32,409 bases of DNA. Origin: Gemmatimonadota bacterium. Its GTDB lineage: Bacteria; Gemmatimonadota; Gemmatimonadetes; Gemmatimonadales; GWC2-71-9. Shown one piece after another: positions 1 to 7,486 of this stretch. The position numbers were made by a program, and so were the translations under genes. The notes under the pieces are model-generated. The model saw only the letters and a program-made list of their open reading frames with translations, was not told the origin of the DNA and searched no databases. Every line of letters starts with the position of its first letter. Position 1 is the first letter of the stretch. The stretch covers positions 1 to 32,409 of the forward strand of contig JBGPIJ010000002.1 in NCBI GenBank assembly GCA_041484865.1, written 5' to 3'.

Positions 1-140
1 ACTACAACCTCCTCGTCACCTACCGGGTCGCGATGAACGCGGCTTTCGAGTTCGCGGTCGGCAACGCGCAGTCGCTCGTGCTCGACCAGAACTACCGGAA
101 CGGCTGGGCGTGGAGCTTCCAGTGGCACTTCCTGTTCTAG
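1..140 (+). CDS. 3' end of an outer-membrane beta-barrel protein (partial; start lies outside the window)
   Basis: Open frame from the window edge (codon phase of nt 3) to TAG at 138-140. The C-terminus ...NYRNGWAWSFQWHFLF ends in alternating aromatics with a terminal Phe, typical of the OMP beta-signal. Confidence 0.6.
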   Translation, partial: YNLLVTYRVAMNAAFEFAVGNAQSLVLDQNYRNGWAWSFQWHFLF

Positions 141-193
141 TCTAGAGCCGTACCTAGACTGGTTCAGTAGCAGACGTAGCTCGCTGTAAGGAT

Positions 194-231
194 GGCAACA
201 CGCATCGCGGAACATCGCGATGCGTGTTGCC
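194..231 (+). terminator. Perfect 16-bp stem, 6-nt loop hairpin between the OMP gene and the CHRD gene (terminator-like, no U-tract)
   Basis: GGCAACACGCATCGCG (194-209), loop GAACAT, CGCGATGCGTGTTGCC (216-231). No T-run follows on either strand, so it could instead be a protein-binding palindrome. Confidence 0.45.
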
Positions 232-289
232 CTCCGGGGGCAAAATGAGATTCAGCAAAGCGGATCAACCCATCCCAACGAGGGGAACC

Positions 290-820
290 ATGCACATGTA
301 TCGTCTACGCGGCGCTATCGCGCTGACCGCGATCGTGGCGGCGGCTGCCTGTTCGGACAACCTTTCCGTCGCTAAGCCGGCTGGCTTCTACGCCAACATG
401 TCGTCGGACCAGGAAGTGCCGGCTGTGTCCGTTCCGGCGGCGACCGGGTCGGCTCAAGTGAGCGTCGTCGGTCCCGCAACGGGTACCAACCCGACCAACG
501 CGCCCGGCGACAGCGTTCATGTCGTCGTCACCTACAGCGGTCTCACCGGTAACCCCACCCTGGCCCATATCCATGTCGGTGGGGGCACCGTGGCCGGGAC
601 GGTCCGAGTGAACCTGTGCGGGACGGCAGGCATAGCCACATGCCCCGCAGCGACGAGCGGGACCATCACGATAACCGCCACGGTTATCCCGGCCGGCATC
701 ACGTTTGATTCGCTTTACAGCGCTCTGAAGACCGGCGGCGCCTATGTCAACATCCATACGGCGACGAATGGTGGCGGCGAGATCCGGGGCGTCATCAACA
801 AGAACCCCCTGCTTCCGTGA
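290..820 (+). CDS. CHRD domain-containing lipoprotein
   Basis: ATG 290 is preceded by AGGGGAA. Signal peptide with lipobox (MHMYRLRGAIALTAIVAAAAC). CHRD-like motifs LAHIHVGGG and GGAYVNIHTATNGGGEIRG. The longer GTG-224 start would begin inside the upstream hairpin. Confidence 0.75.
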   Translation: MHMYRLRGAIALTAIVAAAACSDNLSVAKPAGFYANMSSDQEVPAVSVPAATGSAQVSVVGPATGTNPTNAPGDSVHVVVTYSGLTGNPTLAHIHVGGGTVAGTVRVNLCGTAGIATCPAATSGTITITATVIPAGITFDSLYSALKTGGAYVNIHTATNGGGEIRGVINKNPLLP

Positions 821-974
821 TTTTTGTAGGAGAATACACCAGACCCCGCGCCGGGCGCTGATTGGCTCCGCCCGGCCCGCGGGGGCCGGTGCTGGCGGCT
901 CGTGGCGCCTTCCGCGCGGAAGTCTTCTGGCGCAGGTTGGCAGGCAGTTAGCTCCAAGGGAGGAGGCCAGCATC

Positions 975-1397
975 ATGCAAAGCCGTCTACTGTACCGCAC
1001 GGGCGCTACCTTCCTCGTGGTCATGTTGGCTGCATGCAAGAGCGTGGGCGTGGTGGGTTACCCGGCGGAGTACATCGATACGCATGGGCCGACCCACGTG
1101 TGGGTGACGGGAACCGACAACTCTGTGCAGGATCTCTACAATCCCCAGATTCATGGGGACACGCTAGTGGGGTTCCAGAAGGGCAACGGCGGTTACGTCG
1201 AGATGGCGCTGTCGGACGTGAAGCTGATGAAGGCGGAATTCGCGGCGCCGATGCGGACGGCCCTGCTGGCCGCCACTGTGGCGGTGGGAACGGCGCTCGT
1301 CATCAGCCGAATTCAGGGTACCAGCCCGACGAACCTGTGCTTTCCGCCCGGCGGAGGGAACATGGGGCTCCCGCTGCCGTGCCCGAAACCGGCGTAG
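975..1397 (+). CDS. Small lipoprotein, paralog A (unknown family)
   Basis: ATG 975 follows GGGAGGAGG (957-965). Lipobox VVMLAAC. About 70% identical over the core to the product of 2516..2911. C-terminal hydrophobic helix plus a Cys/Pro tail. Confidence 0.75.
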   Translation: MQSRLLYRTGATFLVVMLAACKSVGVVGYPAEYIDTHGPTHVWVTGTDNSVQDLYNPQIHGDTLVGFQKGNGGYVEMALSDVKLMKAEFAAPMRTALLAATVAVGTALVISRIQGTSPTNLCFPPGGGNMGLPLPCPKPA

Positions 1398-1530
1398 GAA
1401 CGGGACAACGGGATCGGAAGATCCCTCAAGACAGATGACGGATGAGGGCCGCGGCTTCGCCTGCGGCCCTCTAACCGTACGGAGCGCCAGACACGCGCCC
1501 CTGGACCTGACGAATAGGGAGACAAAATCC

Positions 1531-2313
1531 GTGAAGCCTTTTCATGTACGGTGGGCGCTCGCCCTCTTTCCGGTGGCGGTCGTGTCCGTGGTGGCGGCCC
1601 GCTGGGCCAGCGCACCCGGCGCGAAGCTCGAAATCGATCCGAAGTCCAGCATCTCTTGGTGGCAGGTCAACCCGCACTTGAACCACCTCTGGGCCACCAC
1701 GTGCCCCGAGGAGCCCTCGTGGCTCCCCGGAGAGGGTAGAAGCGCGGGGACCGGATGGAGCGTTGACGCCACGGACATCAAGCTGCCGCCGGGCAACAGC
1801 GACGCTGACACCATTCATATCCCGCTGTTTCCGCGCTACAAGGTTCGCCCCATTTGCACCGAAGCCGTTCACGGCGAGCTGGTCGCCCCCGATACAGTGA
1901 GCTGGAAAGGGGCGCACGGCAAAGTCGAGATATCGTCCGCCGCGTTGATTACCGGCGAAAAGTTGCGCGACGGCTTCGCGCGCGGCGTCGTGCTGGAAGC
2001 GGACAAGTATCCCAAGATCATCTATACGATCGACAGCGTCCTCGACGTGCGGCGCGGTGGCCGTGACACGATACACGCCCTCGCAGTAGGGTCGCTGTTC
2101 CTACACGGCACGACCAAGCCCTTGAACATCTCGGTTGTGGTCTGGCATGATGCCGGCGCTCTCCGGGTGCGCGGCCGCTGGTTCATGACCGGCAACGATC
2201 TGTGGAGCAAGTACGGGATCTCCAAGTCCGCGCTGGGCCTCGGCGTCGGAATGGCGATCTGGAAGCAGCTGTGGATGGGGGTCGATCTGGTGATGCGTCC
2301 CGAGCCGCTCTAA
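1531..2313 (+). CDS. YceI-like domain protein (secreted)
   Basis: GTG 1531 lies after AGGGAG. N-terminal signal-like segment. LEIDPKSSISWWQV..., HGKVEISS..., ADKYPKIIYTIDSV..., LFLHGTTKPLNISV... resemble the YceI fold pattern. The start codon is uncertain. Confidence 0.55.
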   Translation: MKPFHVRWALALFPVAVVSVVAARWASAPGAKLEIDPKSSISWWQVNPHLNHLWATTCPEEPSWLPGEGRSAGTGWSVDATDIKLPPGNSDADTIHIPLFPRYKVRPICTEAVHGELVAPDTVSWKGAHGKVEISSAALITGEKLRDGFARGVVLEADKYPKIIYTIDSVLDVRRGGRDTIHALAVGSLFLHGTTKPLNISVVVWHDAGALRVRGRWFMTGNDLWSKYGISKSALGLGVGMAIWKQLWMGVDLVMRPEPL

Positions 2314-2354
2314 TCCGTAACCGGCGCAAGTAATGCTGCCCCATCAGTTTGTGG

Positions 2355-2395
2355 ACACGCCCGGCCGAGGTTACGGCCGGGCGTGTTGCTTTCCC
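2355..2395 (+). terminator. Intrinsic terminator after the YceI-like gene
   Basis: 13-bp stem ACACGCCCGGCCG / CGGCCGGGCGTGT with loop AGGTTA, followed by TGCTTTCCC. Confidence 0.6.
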
Positions 2396-2515
2396 AGGGT
2401 CCGGGGTATTTCTAGTCCAGAGGTCTGATTCGCTCGCGTTCCGGGCGCTTGCCACGACGCGAGAAGCGATGGCGAGAGTGGTCACACGCAGTCTGAGAAG
2501 GAGGATTGGGAAGCC

Positions 2516-2911
2516 ATGCGGAAACTTCAGTGGTCTCGCGGTACGGTGGGCGTGGCACTATTGTGCCTCGCGGCCTGCACCACCACCGGCGTGGTAGGCT
2601 ATCCGGCGGAGTACATCGATTCGCACGGGCCGGGCCACGTCTGGGTCACGGAGCCCGACAATACCGTCGTGGAGCTGTCCAATCCTCAGGTACATGGGGA
2701 CACCTTGGCCGGCTTCGCGAACGGCAGTTACGTCGAGATGCCGCTGTCGGACGTGAAACTGATGAAGGCAAAGTTCCCTGCGACCGGTCGCACGGCGGTC
2801 CTGGCGGGGGCGAGCGCTATTACGGTGGCTGCTTTGGTGGCCGTCCTCATGGGGGGCGGATCAGGCTCCACCTGCTACGACCGCGCCACCGGGGGCGTGA
2901 TGCCCTGTTAG
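2516..2911 (+). CDS. Small lipoprotein, paralog B (unknown family)
   Basis: ATG 2516 follows GAAGGAGGA. Lipobox LCLAAC. GVVGYPAEYIDSHGPGHVWVT...HGDTLAGF...YVEMPLSDVKLMKAKF closely matches paralog A. Confidence 0.8.
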   Translation: MRKLQWSRGTVGVALLCLAACTTTGVVGYPAEYIDSHGPGHVWVTEPDNTVVELSNPQVHGDTLAGFANGSYVEMPLSDVKLMKAKFPATGRTAVLAGASAITVAALVAVLMGGGSGSTCYDRATGGVMPC

Positions 2912-2949
2912 TAGGTGTAAACGACGCCGTAGCCCAGACCTCGGTGAAC

Positions 2950-2980
2950 GAAGCGCCCGGCCAAGAAGGCCGGGCGCTTC
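2950..2980. terminator. Hairpin between convergent genes (bidirectional terminator candidate)
   Basis: GAAGCGCCCGGCC, loop AAGAA, GGCCGGGCGCTTC (13-bp perfect stem), followed by GCATTTGG on the plus strand. Confidence 0.6.
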
Positions 2981-3007
2981 GCATTTGGATCGGGAGCCCA
3001 GCTAGGA

Positions 3008-3472
3008 CTACCTCGCGCTCTTCCCCTGCAGGTAGCGGATCAGGTGCTTGGTCATTTCGTCGAGCCCCATCCCGCCGGCCATTGGCGAGCCCTGAATGTC
3101 ATACGCGGCCTTGAGCGTCTGGCAGTCGTACAGCGTCATGTGATCGTATGACATGATGAGTACGCCGTCCACGGGGTTGTCCGCCCCTGGCGAGCAAATG
3201 TGATTCACCGCGTCGGGGGCGCTCTCCCATCGCCCGCTACGGGGCTGGGCATCGACACCGGCGTCCTTCAACTTCTGGCGCACCTGCACCATGAGGCGGA
3301 TCGCCGTCCCTGCGTTATCGGCGGACACGGTCGCGATGGACTTGAAGTGTGTCCCGGGGACGGCGGGATTGAAGTCCTCGAACTCCTTCTTTCGCCCGAA
3401 GCAGGCCGCTGCCAGACCCGCGGCGACCACGAGAACGATCCGCGCGAGCAGGCCAAGGCGGGCCGCGCTCAA
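3008..3472 (-). CDS. Hypothetical lipoprotein
   Basis: A TTG start at 3472 gives MSAARLGLLARIVLVVAAGLAAAC (signal plus lipobox). The TTG overlaps the TGA stop of the upstream barrel gene (TTGA). The long ORF-track extension to 3739 lies inside the upstream gene in another frame. Confidence 0.6.
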   Translation of the reverse strand: MSAARLGLLARIVLVVAAGLAAACFGRKKEFEDFNPAVPGTHFKSIATVSADNAGTAIRLMVQVRQKLKDAGVDAQPRSGRWESAPDAVNHICSPGADNPVDGVLIMSYDHMTLYDCQTLKAAYDIQGSPMAGGMGLDEMTKHLIRYLQGKSAR

Positions 3473-4092
3473 TGTCGCCCCCGGACATGGAACTCGATCG
3501 CGATCGCCAGCGCGAAGTCGTGATGCGGACGGCCCTGCGTCGCGGTCGCCAAGCCTTGGTCGAACTGAGCCGTCGAAAGATTGTCCTCGAACTCGAAGCG
3601 CATGTGGAGATTCGGGTTCAGGGGAGTCTGGCCCCCGAACGACAGTATCCACGTCTGCGCTGTCGTCCCGTTCTGGTATTGCCAGACCGTCCCGCTGCGG
3701 TTGACGAGGCCGATGCCGGCCCCGAGATAGAAAGACCACATTCCCCTCCGAGAGGTGATCGGGACGAGTGCCCTGACGTTGGCCAGCACCACCGTGGAAG
3801 CCTTATCGACCGTCCCCGTGGCATCGGTGACAGCGACCATGCTGGGAGAGAGCGCGGCGCTCGCCTCGATGCCGAGCCAACGCCTCGCCCAGGCGAGTGC
3901 TTGAAACCCGATCAACGGGGCGGCCACCTGTTGCTTCTCGACCGGGCCGCCTGGCGCGCTCGGCCCTTCTTTCACGACCGAACCGAACGGAAAGTATATG
4001 CCCAAGCGCGGGCCGAGTTCCACCTGCGCCTGTAGTGTCCCCGGCGTACTGAGCCCCGCAGCGAGCGCCATGAGCGCCACGCCCGTGCCCAT
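3469..4092 (-). CDS. Small outer-membrane beta-barrel protein (OmpW/OmpA-beta-like)
   Basis: ATG 4092 gives the signal MGTGVALMALAAGLSTPGTLQAQ. Alternating hydrophobic beta-strand pattern (WSFYLGAGIGL, HMRFEFEDN, FALAIAIEFH). Confidence 0.55.
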   Translation of the reverse strand: MGTGVALMALAAGLSTPGTLQAQVELGPRLGIYFPFGSVVKEGPSAPGGPVEKQQVAAPLIGFQALAWARRWLGIEASAALSPSMVAVTDATGTVDKASTVVLANVRALVPITSRRGMWSFYLGAGIGLVNRSGTVWQYQNGTTAQTWILSFGGQTPLNPNLHMRFEFEDNLSTAQFDQGLATATQGRPHHDFALAIAIEFHVRGRH

Positions 4093-4207
4093 CCATACTC
4101 TCTCGATGGTGTCTCCCTCGCGAGCGTCACACCCGTCGGCCCGGCGCCCGGGCAAGATAGACTATACCGGGCGCCAACCCCGAGCAAGGTGGTCGTGGGA
4201 CCAGGGG

Positions 4208-6565
4208 TTAGGGAGAGCGTGTGGATCGTTTGGCGCGCAGCGCCTCCAGCAGCTGTCGCGCCGGTGTATTGCCCGGGTCGAACTCGAGCCCCCGCTCGAG
4301 CGCCGCTGCGACGTCCGCCACGCGTCCGGCCCGCTGGTATGCGTTCGCGAGCGCGAAGTTGGCGCTGGCGAGCGCCGGGTTGATCGTAACGGCGCGCTCG
4401 AGCGCCGTGATCGCGTTCGGAACGGCCCCGAGCCGCAGATAGGTCAGGCCGAGGTTGGCGTATGCGGCCGGCTCCCAGGGGTCGATGGCGATGGCCTGCT
4501 GGTACGACGCGATGGCGGCGTCCACGTTGCTCTGCTGCGCCTGCACGAAGGCAAGATCGACGAGCACCTGCGGCTGTGTCGGCTCGAGCTCGAGGCTGCG
4601 CTTGAACGCTTCGCTGGCCGCGGCGTAATCCCGCAGCCTCGTGTACACGATCCCGAAGCTCCGGAAGATCGTGGGATCGCCCGGTTTGATCTCGAGCGCT
4701 TTGCGATAGCTCGCCAGGGCGGCCTGATAGTCACCCAGATCGAGGGAGGCGTTGCCGCGAGCGCGGAGCGTCCATTCCCAGCGATCGCGGACCGGCGCCT
4801 CCAGCGAGTCGAGCGCCCGCAAGCGCCGCGCCAGGAATCGGCGGACTCCTCCCTCGGAGCCCCGTGCCAAATGCAGCGTCGCGAGCGCCAGCGCCTTCAC
4901 GTCCCGATCATCGCTACCGGCGGCGGCTTCGAGCCGGGTGACGATCTCGGGCTCGAGACCCGCCATGTCCGGCGTGATGAATCGCTCCAAGAAACTGCCG
5001 AGTGCGTTGAACCGGGCGACGGGATCGTGATCGTCGGCCGCGAGCGCGAGCCGCGCGGCCCCAAGGCGGTCGTTCACGCTGTCGGCCCGCAGCGCCTGGA
5101 CGACGGGCGCCGGCCGCGGCTTGAGCTCGCCATACCACGCCGTGACGTCATGGTCGAGTTGCTCGGGCGTCCGATCGCGGTGACATTGCGCGCACCCATC
5201 GTCGATTCCGAGCCGGCCGTCGGAGAGGGGTCGCGGAATCGAAATCGCATGATCTGACCGGGCATATCGCACGCGAGGCCCGACGCTCGGCTGCTGCAGA
5301 TAGGGCATGTGGCACGACGTGCAGCGGCTGCCCGGCGAGCCCGCTTGGTGATGGCTGTGGCGCTCGGGGCGTTCGGCCTTGCTGGGATGGCAGTCGAGGC
5401 ACTGGCCGTCGTCGAACCGTCCCGGCAGGGGCACTCCGCTGATGTCGCGATAGTGCTGCGAATGCGGGTCGTGACAGTCGACACAGGTCATCGAGCCGTT
5501 GACGTAGCAGTCGCTCGAGAGGTGCCCTTCCTGATAGGCAAATGCGCGGGTGCGCCCGTCGGCGAAGTACAGTGTATCGAGCAGTCCGGGGAACTTGAGG
5601 GCGAAGTGTCGCTCGAGGCCCGCCCCGGGAAGGTAGTCTCCTTGCAGCGTGGCTTTGACCGTGTGGCATTGAAAGCACACGTCGAGCGACCGGGATTTCG
5701 AGAGTGTGGCGAGCGGGCGCATGCCGATGTCAGCCGTCTCGCCGATGTGGCCAGAGCGGGCCAGCTCCACATGACGCCGCCCGGGTCCGTGGCATGACTC
5801 GCAATTCACCGCCAGAGTCGTATAGCGGGTGAGGTATTGCTTCGCGGTGGTGTCGAACTGCAGCACAATTTGGCTGCCGTGGCACTGCTGGCATCCCTCG
5901 AACCGCTCGTGACTGCCGAGCACCCGGGTGGGCGGCCAGTCGCCGCAGTCGGCGAGCGCGATCGCCGAGGTGATGGGCACGAGGCCGCGGTTCGCGCGGC
6001 CATTGGTGTTGCACACCCACCCGCTATAGGCGCGCGAAAAATCGAACGGCAGGAAACGGACAGTGCCGTCGGGGAATCTGGAGAAGAACGCCTGGGTGCC
6101 GCCGCCCGCCATGAATCCCCCCCCCACCACGGCAGCCACGCGGAACACCTGCGTTGGGCGATGCTGCTGGGCCACGGTGAAGAGGTAACCATCCCCGGTT
6201 CGCGACGGCGTGACCACGCCGTCTTTGAAACGCATCGCGCGCCCGTCGAACGGCGCAATCACGCGCTCGGGTGCGGGCGCCCCGCCGGCGCGCCCGTGCG
6301 TCGAACCGTTCCACGCAGCATATTGCGTGGCGTGGCATTCGGCGCACGTCTCCGCACCTACGAAATCGGCGTAGCTCACCTCCGGCGCCGCCGGCACCGG
6401 GCCGGGCGGAGGGAACTGGGCGCTCCGAAGGCGATCGCCTCGCCACAGGGCCACTGCCCCGCCCCCGGCCAACAGAGCCGCGGTCAGCACCAGCCACCCG
6501 CGACGGCGGGCGGGGCGTAGCGCTGGTGGCGGCTCCTCCTTGGAGAGACGACGCCTTTTCGTCAT
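4208..6565 (-). CDS. Membrane-anchored octaheme c-type cytochrome fused to a C-terminal TPR domain
   Basis: Eight CxxCH motifs (CAECH, CQQCH, CESCH, CFQCH, CVDCH, CLDCH, CTSCH, CAQCH). N-terminal TM helix. About 230 C-terminal residues of canonical TPR repeats (...YRKALEIKPGDP..., ...FKRSLELEPTQP..., ...YQQAIAIDPWEP..., ...LERAVTINPALA...). ATG 6565 overlaps the upstream stop (ATGA). Confidence 0.85.
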   Translation of the reverse strand: MTKRRRLSKEEPPPALRPARRRGWLVLTAALLAGGGAVALWRGDRLRSAQFPPPGPVPAAPEVSYADFVGAETCAECHATQYAAWNGSTHGRAGGAPAPERVIAPFDGRAMRFKDGVVTPSRTGDGYLFTVAQQHRPTQVFRVAAVVGGGFMAGGGTQAFFSRFPDGTVRFLPFDFSRAYSGWVCNTNGRANRGLVPITSAIALADCGDWPPTRVLGSHERFEGCQQCHGSQIVLQFDTTAKQYLTRYTTLAVNCESCHGPGRRHVELARSGHIGETADIGMRPLATLSKSRSLDVCFQCHTVKATLQGDYLPGAGLERHFALKFPGLLDTLYFADGRTRAFAYQEGHLSSDCYVNGSMTCVDCHDPHSQHYRDISGVPLPGRFDDGQCLDCHPSKAERPERHSHHQAGSPGSRCTSCHMPYLQQPSVGPRVRYARSDHAISIPRPLSDGRLGIDDGCAQCHRDRTPEQLDHDVTAWYGELKPRPAPVVQALRADSVNDRLGAARLALAADDHDPVARFNALGSFLERFITPDMAGLEPEIVTRLEAAAGSDDRDVKALALATLHLARGSEGGVRRFLARRLRALDSLEAPVRDRWEWTLRARGNASLDLGDYQAALASYRKALEIKPGDPTIFRSFGIVYTRLRDYAAASEAFKRSLELEPTQPQVLVDLAFVQAQQSNVDAAIASYQQAIAIDPWEPAAYANLGLTYLRLGAVPNAITALERAVTINPALASANFALANAYQRAGRVADVAAALERGLEFDPGNTPARQLLEALRAKRSTRSP

Positions 6566-7272
6566 TGATTTCGCGACCAGGCCGGCCCTTGGCAGCGGCA
6601 CAGGGTCCGGAGGTACGTCACCAGCCCGTGGATCTGCTCGCGGGAGAGCGTCCCCCCGAACGGGGGCATGCGGTTGCTGCGATTCATCACGTACCCGCCC
6701 GCGAAGATCGTGTCGAACAAGTCGTCGTCGGTGCGCGTGGCCATGTACGCGCCATCCGAGTGGACAGTCGGGGGGACGGGCAGAAAGCGAGCATTCGGAC
6801 CGGCTCCCCCGCCGCGGGCGCCGTGGCAGCCGGCGCAGACGCTCGCGTTCACCGCGGCGGGCGCGCCGCTCGTGTCCCGGTACTGCGTACCAACGGGCGC
6901 GCTGCCCGCGGGGGGTTCGGTCGCGGGCCGCTGGACGAGGTAACTCGCCACGAGCTCGAGCGTGGCTGGGCTCATCGGAATGCGGGGCATCACGGTGTGG
7001 GGAACCGTGTGTTGCGGGTCCTGAATCATCCGGTATACATACTCCGGCAAGCGGCGTCTACTCAGGTTCCCGAGACTCGGGCCGATTCGTCCTCCGTCGC
7101 CGTCGATCTCGTGGCAGCCGAGACAAGGCAACCGGGTCTTGATCAGGGATTCGGCCTTCTTCATCTCGAAGGGGGACAGCGGACGGATCTGGGCGGGGAG
7201 TCCCGCGCGCGGCGCACCCCCGGCCTGCGCCAGGAGCAGCGCGGACACCGCGCCAAGGGCATTGCTCAGCAC
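6562..7272 (-). CDS. Diheme class-I c-type cytochrome
   Basis: Signal peptide. Two CxxCH motifs (CLGCH, CAGCH), each followed by distal Met-containing segments (VMPRIP, NRMPPF). GTG start at 7272. Confidence 0.8.
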   Translation of the reverse strand: MLSNALGAVSALLLAQAGGAPRAGLPAQIRPLSPFEMKKAESLIKTRLPCLGCHEIDGDGGRIGPSLGNLSRRRLPEYVYRMIQDPQHTVPHTVMPRIPMSPATLELVASYLVQRPATEPPAGSAPVGTQYRDTSGAPAAVNASVCAGCHGARGGGAGPNARFLPVPPTVHSDGAYMATRTDDDLFDTIFAGGYVMNRSNRMPPFGGTLSREQIHGLVTYLRTLCRCQGPAWSRNQ

Positions 7273-7486
7273 GCGCTTAGCTCGGCGGCGGTCCTCACGA
7301 CGCCGAGTTTGCCACAGTGTCTAAGGGGATGTCAAGGGGCCTCGCTCCCTATCGTTATGTGGCTGAGCAAGTTATCAGAGTGAAACTGGAGCGCTTCGCG
7401 CGGTGGAGGAGTAGGTTCCGCCGGGCTACCTTGGTGACGTCGGTCAACGGAGTGCGTGGGCGGGCTCGTCCCTGCAAGGAGGCTGT

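Noticed and set aside
305-1039. Long antisense or alternative-frame ORFs throughout the track (e.g. 305..1039 -, 3998..5257 +, 5837..6520 +, 6271..7383 +, 7850..8557 -, 9539..10348 -, 15533..16441 -, 20805..21917 -, 20822..21958 +, 22142..23428 +, 27759..28817 -, 31853..32404 -)
   Set aside because: They are Arg/Pro/Gly/Ala-rich low-complexity translations typical of off-frame reading in about 68% GC DNA. Each overlaps a CDS with clear family motifs and proper GC3 bias, and none carries a recognisable motif.
2355-2980. Shared CGCCCGGCC/GGCCGGGCG core in two terminator stems (2355-2386 and 2950-2980, with a weaker CCGGCC/GGCCGG hairpin near 866-886) as a REP-like mobile repeat
   Set aside because: The flanks and loops differ, and such GC-rich palindromes are expected for intrinsic terminators in high-GC genomes. 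There is not enough evidence for a dispersed repeat family within one window.
7273-7486. Sigma-54 promoter (TGGC..N..TTGC) in the divergent cytochrome/quinoprotein control region
   Set aside because: TGGCTGAGCAAGTTAT (about 7350-7366) has the GG but not the GC at the required 10-nt offset. TGGCAAACTCGGCG on the minus strand also fails the -12 element.
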